Source of the DNA: Elusimicrobiota bacterium
Lineage (GTDB): Bacteria > Elusimicrobiota > Elusimicrobia > Elusimicrobiales > UBA9959
DNA: 53,273 nucleotides
NCBI GenBank assembly: GCA_027340875.1
Contig: DAIENX010000041.1
Span: 1-53,273 of the forward strand
Direction of reading: 5' to 3'
The translations under genes were made by a program, and so were the position numbers. Position 1 is the first letter of the stretch. The number at the start of each line of letters is the position of its first letter. The notes beneath the pieces are model-generated. The model had not been told where the DNA came from. It saw nothing but the letters and a program-made list of their open reading frames with translations, and made no database searches. Positions 37,951 through 46,469 of the stretch are shown piece after piece.

Positions 37951-38886
37951 CTATTTCGCCAGGCGGCAGATGTCGCCGGCCTTCGGGGAAGGCCCGGCGG
38001 CCTTGGTCAGCTTCGCGATCGAGCAGTCGCCGGAGTCGCCGCAGTAGCGGTCCACCTCGGCGCGGCCTATGTACTGCTCCCTGTGGCCTATGACCAGGTT
38101 GGAGCGCGGGTCGCGTATCTCCGCGCCCTGGTGGTAGCAGTCGAGGTCCAGCCCCTCTTCCACCCCGGAATCCTGGCCGGCGTTGAGGTACATCTCGTCG
38201 CCGGAGGCGTCCGCTATCATGCAGGACCAGGGCTTCTTGTTTAGCTGGCTGGCGATGTTCGTGACGAACTGCACCACCGCGGCGCGCAGCGCCTCTCCCT
38301 CTAGGGTCTCGTCGTAGCCGCCCTTGGTCCCCATGCCGAGGAAGGACGCCTTGGTGCTCTTGGCCATGCCCTTGCCGGAATCGGCCAGTATCACCTGGCC
38401 GCTCTGCACGTCTATCAGGCGTATGTCCACGGTCACGTCGGCCACCTGGCGCTTGGACTGCGTCAGCAGGTAGTCGGACCCTTCCTTCTTCACGCCGAAC
38501 TGCGACACCGAGCCGACCACTATGGCCTCGAGGCCTAGTATCTGGCCCACCTTGGCCGCCGTCTGCGGGTCGGTCATTCCCTGGGACTGGAGCTTCTGCT
38601 CCTCCATGATCTTGTTGAGCTTGTCGCGCTCCACCACGATGAACTTGCCGGACTTGACCAGCTCGGTTATAAGTATGTCCGAAGCGGCGCCGCCGAGGCG
38701 GCCCTGCCCGTAGGCGGACTTGTTCTCGAACTCCACCACGCCGATGCGGCGCTTGGGCCCGGTGAAGTCGGACTTGACCTTCTTGGTCTCGTTGACGCTC
38801 AGCGCCTGCTGGGTCTTCACCGTCTTGGAAGGCGCGCAGGCGCCGGCCAGCACGGCCGCGGCGGCGAGCAGCATTAGTTTCCTCAT
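37951..38886 (-). CDS. CsgG/HfaB-family lipoprotein with FlgT-C-like tail
   Basis: Lipobox LAGAC; RIGVVEF, FIVVER, AAKVGQILG, DIRLIDVQSG; tail YLNAG..SG...IRDP. Confidence 0.82.
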   Translation of the reverse strand: MRKLMLLAAAAVLAGACAPSKTVKTQQALSVNETKKVKSDFTGPKRRIGVVEFENKSAYGQGRLGGAASDILITELVKSGKFIVVERDKLNKIMEEQKLQSQGMTDPQTAAKVGQILGLEAIVVGSVSQFGVKKEGSDYLLTQSKRQVADVTVDIRLIDVQSGQVILADSGKGMAKSTKASFLGMGTKGGYDETLEGEALRAAVVQFVTNIASQLNKKPWSCMIADASGDEMYLNAGQDSGVEEGLDLDCYHQGAEIRDPRSNLVIGHREQYIGRAEVDRYCGDSGDCSIAKLTKAAGPSPKAGDICRLAK

Positions 38887-38905
38887 AGTATTCCTCCTTG
38901 TCTCC

Positions 38906-39517
38906 CTACCGGCGGGGCAGGCGGTCCAGCGCGTTCCACGCCGCCGTCTCTGCCTCGCGTTTCAGCGGGGTCTTGAAAATGTTCTGCACCAGCTTCACGG
39001 CCAGCTGTTCAACGAAGGCCGCCTTGGCCTGCTCCTTGTCCAGATAGACCTTTACGTCCTTGCCGGAGCCTGTGCCCTCATAAAGCGTCTCCCCGGTGGA
39101 GGCCGACACTAGCTTCAGGTGCAGCTTGACGTTCTTGCGCACCACGAACCCCAGGTTCTGGAACGTAAAATCCTCCACGTCCCCGTAGCAGAGCAGGTCG
39201 GTCCCCAGCGCTTTGCCCAGTTCTTCCGGCTTAACCGCCGGCAGCTGCCCGCCTTCGGAGATGCCGAGCGATGAGAGCTTAGCGTCCACGTCCTCCCCGG
39301 CCAGCGGGGCGTAACCGCGTTTCGAGAATCCTTCTTCGGCCAGCTTGCGCAGTATCTCGTCGGCGTTGACGTCCGTGGTCTGATTGTCGAACGGCAGCAC
39401 CGCCACGCGCAGGTCGGCCGCCTCCCTGAGCGAAGGGGACACCAGATATCCTCCGCCGCCGGCGCAGGCGGCCAGCAGGGCGGCGGACAGAAGCAGGGCG
39501 GCGTTCCTGAACCTCAT
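38906..39517 (-). CDS. GNA1162/DUF799-like lipoprotein
   Basis: Lipobox LAAC; VAVLPFDNQT, KRGY, LGKALGTD...YG.V, LVSASTGETLY. Confidence 0.72.
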   Translation of the reverse strand: MRFRNAALLLSAALLAACAGGGGYLVSPSLREAADLRVAVLPFDNQTTDVNADEILRKLAEEGFSKRGYAPLAGEDVDAKLSSLGISEGGQLPAVKPEELGKALGTDLLCYGDVEDFTFQNLGFVVRKNVKLHLKLVSASTGETLYEGTGSGKDVKVYLDKEQAKAAFVEQLAVKLVQNIFKTPLKREAETAAWNALDRLPRR

Positions 39518-39520
39518 GCG

Positions 39521-40603
39521 TCAGTTGGGAATGGAGAAGAGTACCTGCCCGGGCCCCACCCCTTCCAGCTCGAGGCCCATCGCGTCGGTGCGGAGCAGCG
39601 CGCTGGCCATCTCGTGCAGGTCGCTCCTGGCCGGCACCGCCGAAAGGACGGCGCTGCCGTCGGAAAAGCTCTCCACGCGCAGGCCGGAAAGCTCGGGTCC
39701 CTGCAGCTGGTCCCTGAGCCGCTCCAGCCTGTCGAGGCTCCCGACGCCGACGACCTTGATCGTCACGGGCGCGGGCTTGTCGTTCAGGCGCGCCGTGCGG
39801 ACGGCCGCCTCCTGCGCCAGCATGTCCGCGGCGGAGGCCAGCGCCTTGGCCGCCGAGGCGGCCGCGGTGGACTCCACCGCGTTGGCCTGGCTGGAAAGAG
39901 AGAGCAGCTCGGCGCCGGCGGGGTCGTAGACCTTGAGGACGGCGTCGGCGCGGGAGGGATAGAAGCCGGTACCCAGCCCGGAGGCCGACTGCGAGACGGA
40001 GCTGACGGCCACCAGGACCAGGTCCGCGCCGTCTGCGGCGGCGGCCTCCACCAGGCCGGTATCGGGGCCGGCGAGCAGCGGCTCGTCGGCTTTCAGCTCC
40101 CTGAGCCTGAACTGGGAGCGTTTGGAGAACGCCTCGCTGAAAGCGGAATAGAAGGGCCTGCCGCCTGGGCCGCGCTGGGCGAAGACCGCCTCGGCCGAGG
40201 CCGCGCCCGGGCCTGCCAGCTTCATGCCGCGCAGCGCCGAGACCAGCTTGTCCAGCCGTATCCAGACGCGGGCTGCGACCCGGACGGAATCCCCGTCGCG
40301 CAGCTCGGAGAGCACCCTGGCCTTGGCCACGTAGAGCTGCGGCGTCTTCAGCAGGCCTATCTCCAGCAGCTCGCGGCTGCCGGCCCGCGCCGACTCCTCC
40401 ATGAAAAGGCCGGCGGCCCTCAGCACGGCGTTACGCTGGGCGTCCAGCGAGGCGCGCTCGCGGGCCGCGCCGGGACCGTCCAGCGGCGCGGAGCCCTCTG
40501 CGGAGATAGGCTCGGGGGAGCCTCCCAAAGCGGCCGGGGCCGGCGCGTGGGCGCAGGCGGCGGACAGTATGAGAGCTGGCAACAGCAGCGAGTATTTTTT
40601 CAT
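39521..40603 (-). CDS. lipoprotein with FlgT-N-like domain
   Basis: Start MKKYSLLL, lipobox SAAC; SAEGSA....AARERASLDAQRNAV..AAG pattern. Confidence 0.65.
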   Translation of the reverse strand: MKKYSLLLPALILSAACAHAPAPAALGGSPEPISAEGSAPLDGPGAARERASLDAQRNAVLRAAGLFMEESARAGSRELLEIGLLKTPQLYVAKARVLSELRDGDSVRVAARVWIRLDKLVSALRGMKLAGPGAASAEAVFAQRGPGGRPFYSAFSEAFSKRSQFRLRELKADEPLLAGPDTGLVEAAAADGADLVLVAVSSVSQSASGLGTGFYPSRADAVLKVYDPAGAELLSLSSQANAVESTAAASAAKALASAADMLAQEAAVRTARLNDKPAPVTIKVVGVGSLDRLERLRDQLQGPELSGLRVESFSDGSAVLSAVPARSDLHEMASALLRTDAMGLELEGVGPGQVLFSIPN

Positions 40604-40626
40604 GCTTCCCCCAGTGTCAGGACGGG

Positions 40627-42567
40627 TCAGGCCTCTTTCCTGCTTTTGGCTACCGGCAGCGCGAAGCAGAACCGGCAGCCGGAAGAGGGCTTGGACTCCA
40701 GCCAGATCTTGCCGCCGTGCTTCTCGACCACCGATTTGGAGATGGCGAGGCCGAGGCCCGTGCCGGACACCTGGCTCGCGCCGGCCTTGCCGCGGTAGAA
40801 CTTGTCGAAGACCAGCTTCTGCTCCTCGGGCGGGATGCCGGGGCCGGTGTCCTCCACGCAGATCACGACGGCCTCGCCCTTGTCCACGCTGCTGACGCTG
40901 ACCGCGGCCCCCTTGCCCGAATACTTGATGGCGTTTATGATCAGATTGTCCACCACCTGGGTGATCCACCGCGTGTCCGCCTGCACCGGCGGCAGCGGCT
41001 TGGGCGCGCCGTAGCGCAGCTCCACCCCGTGCTCCCTGGCCTTCAGCATCATCATCGAGACGGAGTTCCTGACCACCTCGGACATGTCCACGTTCTGCAT
41101 CTCCATCTCCACCTTGCCGTTGAGCCTGGAAAGGTCCAGCAGGTTGGAGATCAGGCTGCTGAGGCGGTTCACGGACTGGTCCGCGATGCCGAGGAAATGG
41201 GACTGTTGCTCGTTCAGCGGCCCCACCTCTCCGCTGAGAATAACGGAGATGAAGCCCTTTATCGTGGTCAGCGGGGTCTTCAGCTCGTGGCTGACGGTGG
41301 CCAGGAACTCGTCCTTGATCTTGTTGAGCTGGGCCAGCTCATTGGCGGTCTTCGAGAGGTTCTCATAGAGCGTGAACATCTCGATGATGATGGCCAGCTC
41401 GTCGGCGATTATAGACAGGAACTCGAGCTGGTCGGGCGTGAAGAAATCCTTGCGCTTGCTGCCGACCCGCATCACGCCGATGATCCTTTCGCGCAGGGAG
41501 ATCGGCACTATCATCAGGGAGTGTATCTCCCAGAGCTTGGCGTACTGGGTTATCACGTCGGGATCGTCCTGGGCGTCCGGGGAAATGAAAGGCTTCCGCG
41601 ACAGGAAGGTCCTCACCGAGGCGCTGCCGTGGTTGGAGAGCGGGATGCTGTAGAACATCCGCTCCGCGTCAGAAATGCCGTAGGCGCCGGGGCTTACGGT
41701 TAGCTCCCCTTTGGCCTCGTCGAAGAGCAGGCAGGCGACCACGTCGGCCTCCACCATCTTGGCGACGATGTTCAGGATGGCCGCGCAGCCGCCCTGCGCG
41801 TCCCCGCCGCCGGGGCCCGCCACGCGGGTGACGACTTCGTAAAGCGCCTTGCGCTCCCTGGCGCGCTGGATCAGCCTCGAGCCCGCCACATCCAGTTCCT
41901 TCACGACCGCGTTCAGCTCCTCTTTCAGGTGGTCGGTCTCCTTCCGCAGCGAGAAGACCTTGTCGAACACCCTGGAGATGGAGCCCAGCTGAGAGGCGAC
42001 GAAGCGCACGTAGGGCTGGGCGTCGTCGAAAGGATCGGGACGCGGCGCGCCGAAGAGCAGTATACGCTCCGCCGAGCCGGAGGCGGGGCTGAACGGGCAG
42101 GCCAGCGCCGCCCCGATGTCGAAGATGGAGAAGAGCTCCGCCACCTCGGCCGAGCCTGGCCCCCGCACGTCGTCAAGGCGCAGCAGCTCGCCTTCCGAGG
42201 AGCAGCGGTCCAGCGCCTCCCACTTGTAGGAGGGCAGCAGCTTGGGCTCCGCGTTGAAATGCTTCAGGTAATTGACCAGCTTCCACTGCCCGTTGCCTTT
42301 CTCGAACAGCAGTATCGAGGCGTCCGGAAAGGCCTTGTGCAGCTTGATCAGATAGAAATTGGTGATATCGCCGTAGTGCTCGGCTTGGTCCGGGGAGTAG
42401 GCCCTTTCGGCGGTCTCCTTGGCGAAAGAGGAGAAGTCGGCGAGCGCCTTCCGCGAGGAGCGCAGCGCGCCCTCCCTCGGCAGCACCTCGCGGAACTTCA
42501 GGTACCAGTAGGCCGCGAAAGAGCCCGCCGCTCCCAGCACCGCCGCGCCTATCAGTTCCCCGGTCAT
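40627..42567 (-). CDS. membrane-anchored GAF sensor histidine kinase
   Basis: One N-terminal TM; GAF (SLMIVPI...IIGVM); H-box VSHELKTPL, NLIINAIKY, DTGPGI, GTGLGL. Confidence 0.9.
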   Translation of the reverse strand: MTGELIGAAVLGAAGSFAAYWYLKFREVLPREGALRSSRKALADFSSFAKETAERAYSPDQAEHYGDITNFYLIKLHKAFPDASILLFEKGNGQWKLVNYLKHFNAEPKLLPSYKWEALDRCSSEGELLRLDDVRGPGSAEVAELFSIFDIGAALACPFSPASGSAERILLFGAPRPDPFDDAQPYVRFVASQLGSISRVFDKVFSLRKETDHLKEELNAVVKELDVAGSRLIQRARERKALYEVVTRVAGPGGGDAQGGCAAILNIVAKMVEADVVACLLFDEAKGELTVSPGAYGISDAERMFYSIPLSNHGSASVRTFLSRKPFISPDAQDDPDVITQYAKLWEIHSLMIVPISLRERIIGVMRVGSKRKDFFTPDQLEFLSIIADELAIIIEMFTLYENLSKTANELAQLNKIKDEFLATVSHELKTPLTTIKGFISVILSGEVGPLNEQQSHFLGIADQSVNRLSSLISNLLDLSRLNGKVEMEMQNVDMSEVVRNSVSMMMLKAREHGVELRYGAPKPLPPVQADTRWITQVVDNLIINAIKYSGKGAAVSVSSVDKGEAVVICVEDTGPGIPPEEQKLVFDKFYRGKAGASQVSGTGLGLAISKSVVEKHGGKIWLESKPSSGCRFCFALPVAKSRKEA

Positions 42568-42571
42568 AGCG

Positions 42572-44380
42572 TCAGACAAGGTCCATCAGCATCTTCACGT
42601 AGCCGGCCTTGGATTTGATCCTGCCGCAAGGCAGCCAGGCGCCCTTTACCAGGAAGCTGTCCAGGATCTTGAAGGTGATATGCCTGAACTCGGCCTCCTG
42701 AGAACCAAGCGCGGAGCTGGGCTGAGGGCCCAGGATCATGGCCCCGTTCACACTCTTCTCGCTGGCGAAATTGGCTATCTTGAACGGAACGCCGTAGAGC
42801 TCGTCCGGGTTGTACTCCTCCATGAACACCTGGCTCCACTCCGTGTTGAGGCGCAGCTCCTTGGCCCTCTCATGCAGATTATAGAGCAGGAACTGCGCCT
42901 CCCGGGGCATCCCCTTGGGATAGAACAGGCCCCATTTGAACCAGGCCGAGTCCTGCCTGGAGGGCTGCCAGGCAGAAGCGTGGCGAGCATCCTCCTCGGT
43001 CACCTCTCCGGAGACGGCGGGTTCGGTCAGGCCGAGCAGCATGTCCAGCAGCTGGGCGTGGGAAAGGCTGTTCATCGGGTTCACGATGAACCTCTCGAGC
43101 TTCTTCATGTCGTCCAGCGTCTTCGCGGCGTCGTTGAACGGCATCATGGAGCCGGCGAAGGCGTCGGTGATCTCCTGGTCTGAAAGTTTCACGTCCAGCC
43201 CCTGCATCAGCTGCGCGATGACGCTCTTGTAGGCCTGCGCGGCCGGCGGCTTGAGGTCCACCATCCAGCCCTGCGTGAACTCGAAACCGACCGACTCCTC
43301 CAGCCCGGCGAGGGCCTTGGGCGGGAAGACCGAGGTAAGTACAAGCTGCTTGTTCTGGGCCAGGAAGTCCCCAAGCCACTTGGAAAGGTATTTCTTGTTG
43401 GTCTCGGAGACCATCAGCAGGTGGATGTCGTCGATGATCATCACCTTGATGCCGGCGATGAACTCCTCCAGGCGGCCGATGGAGCCTTCCTTGACCGCCA
43501 TCTCTATGCCCTTGGAGAGCTTGATGCCGTCGGTGACGAAGATGTTGTTCTGGCCCATGGACGCGGCCAGCCCGTAGGAGATGGAGTTGACGAAATGAGT
43601 CTTGCCCGTGCCCGGGGGACCGGAGAGCAGCAGGGGGTTGTAGATGACGCCGGGATTCTCCACCACCGCCATGGCAGCCGCATGGGCGAAGCGGTTGTGA
43701 GAGCCGGCTATCAGGGTCTGGAAGCTGTAGGTGGGGATCAGCGGCAGCTCCATCGACCACTTCGCCCTGATGCGGGCGGAAACCGAGGGCGAGACGGCCT
43801 GTTCCTGGGGCGCCGCCTGCTGGGCGGTGACCGGAGCTTCCTGCGGCTTCTGCTTGGGCGAGGCCGAAGGCACGAACATGCCGCGGGGCCTGGTGACCGC
43901 GGGAGAATCCGGCTGCTGGGCCGAGGCCGCTGGCATGGCCGGCCCCGGGGCGGGAGCGGGGGCCGGCTTCGGAGGCTCGGCCTTGGGAACTGGAGCCGGG
44001 GCTGGCGCCGGTGCCGGCCTCGGAGGCTCGGCCTTGGGCGCGGGAGCCGGCGCCGGCTTAGGAGGCGCGGGAGCCGGCGCTTCCGCCTTCAGTTTCGGCT
44101 TCGGAGCTTCGAACGGGACCGCTTCCTCTGGGAACTCCTCTTCCTTGGCGGAGCTCAGCTCCGCCGCCACGGCCTTTAGCTTCTTCATCGTGTCCATCTC
44201 CAGCTTGGAGAGGTAGATGAGGAAGTTGAAATCCCCGGTGGTCTTCTCCGGGCGGGAACAGAGGCTGCCCAGCTTCTTCACGATGAGGAAAATGTCCTTC
44301 ATGTCTCCTTTTATCAGGAGCTTATGACGACTTGGGTTCTTATCGGTAGGCGCCGGGGCCACGTCCCATTTTTTGAGCAT
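42572..44380 (-). CDS. DnaA/Hda-derived AAA+ protein lacking the DnaA DNA-binding domain
   Basis: LIPTYSF...GSHNRFAHAAA.AV.ENPG.IYNPL...GPPGTGKTH and IIDDIH match DnaA domain III; N- and C-termini unrelated to DnaA. Confidence 0.8.
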   Translation of the reverse strand: MLKKWDVAPAPTDKNPSRHKLLIKGDMKDIFLIVKKLGSLCSRPEKTTGDFNFLIYLSKLEMDTMKKLKAVAAELSSAKEEEFPEEAVPFEAPKPKLKAEAPAPAPPKPAPAPAPKAEPPRPAPAPAPAPVPKAEPPKPAPAPAPGPAMPAASAQQPDSPAVTRPRGMFVPSASPKQKPQEAPVTAQQAAPQEQAVSPSVSARIRAKWSMELPLIPTYSFQTLIAGSHNRFAHAAAMAVVENPGVIYNPLLLSGPPGTGKTHFVNSISYGLAASMGQNNIFVTDGIKLSKGIEMAVKEGSIGRLEEFIAGIKVMIIDDIHLLMVSETNKKYLSKWLGDFLAQNKQLVLTSVFPPKALAGLEESVGFEFTQGWMVDLKPPAAQAYKSVIAQLMQGLDVKLSDQEITDAFAGSMMPFNDAAKTLDDMKKLERFIVNPMNSLSHAQLLDMLLGLTEPAVSGEVTEEDARHASAWQPSRQDSAWFKWGLFYPKGMPREAQFLLYNLHERAKELRLNTEWSQVFMEEYNPDELYGVPFKIANFASEKSVNGAMILGPQPSSALGSQEAEFRHITFKILDSFLVKGAWLPCGRIKSKAGYVKMLMDLV

Positions 44381-44382
44381 AA

Positions 44383-46377
44383 TCAGCGGACTATCAGGTC
44401 CGTGACCAGGTCCAGCGCGGCGGAATGGCTGAAACTGGAAGAATCATAGAACCGGAAGAAAGCCCCCGCGCCGTTGAACACGTTCTCCAGCTCGTAGACC
44501 TTGTCCTGGGGGACGGAACCGACGCAGATCAGGCCGTGCGCCTTGCTCTCGGTTAGGGACTGCAGCACCTGGTTGGGGTTCACGTCCGGATCGCACTCGG
44601 CCACGGAGGCGCGCCTGACGAACATCGGCTTGGTGGCGGACTTGAGGCAGATGGAGTCCAGTTCGGCGAGGATGGTGGCGCAGAGGGCCTTGTCCTCCTG
44701 GGAGTACAGGAACATGAGCGAGCGCACCCTCTCCTCCGGGATGCCGTCCGGCGCCTTCTTGGCCGCCAGGCCGGTAAGGTCTCCGGCCTGCGCCCTCGAC
44801 GTGCCGGAAGGGGGCGCCTGGAATATTACGGTCTTCTCCTCCTCCCCGGAGGAGCCTTGCTGAGGGGCTGCCACGAGCGTCTCGTCTCCGGACGCTCCGA
44901 AAACCGGGCCCGTCTCCGTGCCGGAGCCGCCCGGAATAGTCTCTCCGGCCGCGGCAGGCGCGGCGCCAAGCTCGAGGCCCTGACCGCCGGGAACGGTCTC
45001 GTCCGCGGCGGGAGGCTGGGACCCCAGCTCCAGCGAAGGCGAGAGTTCGAGACCCCCCGCCGCCGGCTCCGGCTGGGCGCCGAGTTCGCTGCGCGGAGAA
45101 AGCTCGAGGCCGCCGGCTTCCGGCTGGGCAGGCTGCTCCTGGCCGGCGGAAAGGTCCGTCGCGACGGGCGTTTCGGCCTGAGACTGCGAGAGTTCAAGGC
45201 CTTCCTGCTGGCCGGAAGGCAGCTCGAAATTCAGGGTCTCCTCGGCGGCCTGCGGCCGGTCCTCAGGCTGTCCGCCTTCGGAAGGCGAAACTATATCGGC
45301 CGGATGTTCGAACTCTATGCCGCCGCTTTCCGGCTGCGGCTGCTGCCCGGCAGAGGGCTCTATGGCGAAGGAATCGAACGGACTGGGAGCGGCCTCCGCC
45401 GCTGGCGCTTCCTCCGGCTGGACCTGCTCGGGGGCCGGCTCCTGCCGGCCGCCAAGTCCTGTTTCATCTTTCTTCTCGCGCTGGTCCATTATCTCCACCT
45501 CCGGCTGCGGCGCCGCCGCCTGGCCCAATCCCTGTATGGAAACTTCCCCGCTCTCCTCGATGGAGTGCACCGCCTCCGGCAGCACGCCGGCCTCCGGGAC
45601 CCGCGGCTGCTCCGCGCCGGCCGGAGTCTCGTCGGAGGAAAGCTGCAGCAGCGCGTCTATGTCAGGCACGCCGAAATCCCTGGTGCTCTCGTAGGCCGGA
45701 AGGGCGGCAGGCTTCTCCTGCAGCTCCAGCCCCGCCTCCAGCGCCGGCGGCACGGAGGACTGCGGAGGCTCCTCGGCTATAGTCTCGCTTTGCGCCGGCT
45801 CCAGGGGCGGGAGTTCCGCCTCGGGCAGCTCTTCGCGGGAAGAAGGGAGTTCCGCCGGGACTTCTTCCGCCGTCAGCTCCTGCGGGACCTGGTCCGCCGG
45901 CGGCGCCGCGGCCTCGGGGACCTGGTCGCCTACCGAAATCGCGGAGAACGGCTCCAATATCACGGTCTTGTCGCCGGCGTCGGGCGCCGGCGGCGCTTCG
46001 GCCGGCTGCTCCTGAACAGGCTCCGGCTGAAGCTCCGGCATGACGGCCTCCGGCGAGGACTGTGGCGGCTCGACCGGCTGCTCCGTCTCCGGCTCCGGAG
46101 CCCCTTCCGGCAGTCCCTGGAAAACCTGCATGACGACGGTCTTATCCCCCTCGTCCTGCCGGGGCGGCACAGCGTCCGACTCCCTGGCAGGCTCCGGGCC
46201 GGGCTGGTCCGGCTGCGCGGCGGGGACCGGCGAAGGAGCCGGCTTCTGCGGCTCATCCGGCTGCAGCTCCGGCATCTTTATACCGTCGAGAATGGACGGC
46301 ATCTTGTTCAGCAGGCCGTTGAGGTCAGACAATATCTCGTCTATAGACTCTCTTTTCTTGTCCGGTTTCTCGTCCAT
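44383..46377 (-). CDS. large acidic Pro/Glu-rich disordered protein with folded C-terminal domain
   Basis: 664 aa; short N-terminal helix ESIDEILSDL, about 500 aa low-complexity region, ~115-aa alpha/beta C-terminus. Confidence 0.8.
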   Translation of the reverse strand: MDEKPDKKRESIDEILSDLNGLLNKMPSILDGIKMPELQPDEPQKPAPSPVPAAQPDQPGPEPARESDAVPPRQDEGDKTVVMQVFQGLPEGAPEPETEQPVEPPQSSPEAVMPELQPEPVQEQPAEAPPAPDAGDKTVILEPFSAISVGDQVPEAAAPPADQVPQELTAEEVPAELPSSREELPEAELPPLEPAQSETIAEEPPQSSVPPALEAGLELQEKPAALPAYESTRDFGVPDIDALLQLSSDETPAGAEQPRVPEAGVLPEAVHSIEESGEVSIQGLGQAAAPQPEVEIMDQREKKDETGLGGRQEPAPEQVQPEEAPAAEAAPSPFDSFAIEPSAGQQPQPESGGIEFEHPADIVSPSEGGQPEDRPQAAEETLNFELPSGQQEGLELSQSQAETPVATDLSAGQEQPAQPEAGGLELSPRSELGAQPEPAAGGLELSPSLELGSQPPAADETVPGGQGLELGAAPAAAGETIPGGSGTETGPVFGASGDETLVAAPQQGSSGEEEKTVIFQAPPSGTSRAQAGDLTGLAAKKAPDGIPEERVRSLMFLYSQEDKALCATILAELDSICLKSATKPMFVRRASVAECDPDVNPNQVLQSLTESKAHGLICVGSVPQDKVYELENVFNGAGAFFRFYDSSSFSHSAALDLVTDLIVR

Positions 46378-46423
46378 AAAAAACAGGCCCCCGCCTATAA
46401 ATATATACGCGCGTTACTTTTTA

Positions 46424-46451
46424 ATTATAGCAAGTTGTCGGGCTTTCGCAA
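46424..46451 (-). promoter_or_regulatory. promoter TTGCGA-N16-TATAAT (TGc-extended) heading the six-gene operon
   Basis: attata at 46424-46429 and tcgcaa at 46446-46451. Confidence 0.65.
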
Positions 46452-46469
46452 GCGGGATAATCCCTGCCG

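Noticed and set aside
37951..38886. Curli secretion system
   Set aside because: No csgA/B/E/F-like genes in the window.
40604..40969. N-terminal extension of the 482-aa ORF
   Set aside because: Overlaps the kinase; the lipoprotein signal begins at 40603.
42572..44380. Canonical dnaA with oriC nearby
   Set aside because: No domain IV, no dnaN/recF/gyrB, and no DnaA-box cluster or AT-rich intergenic origin seen.
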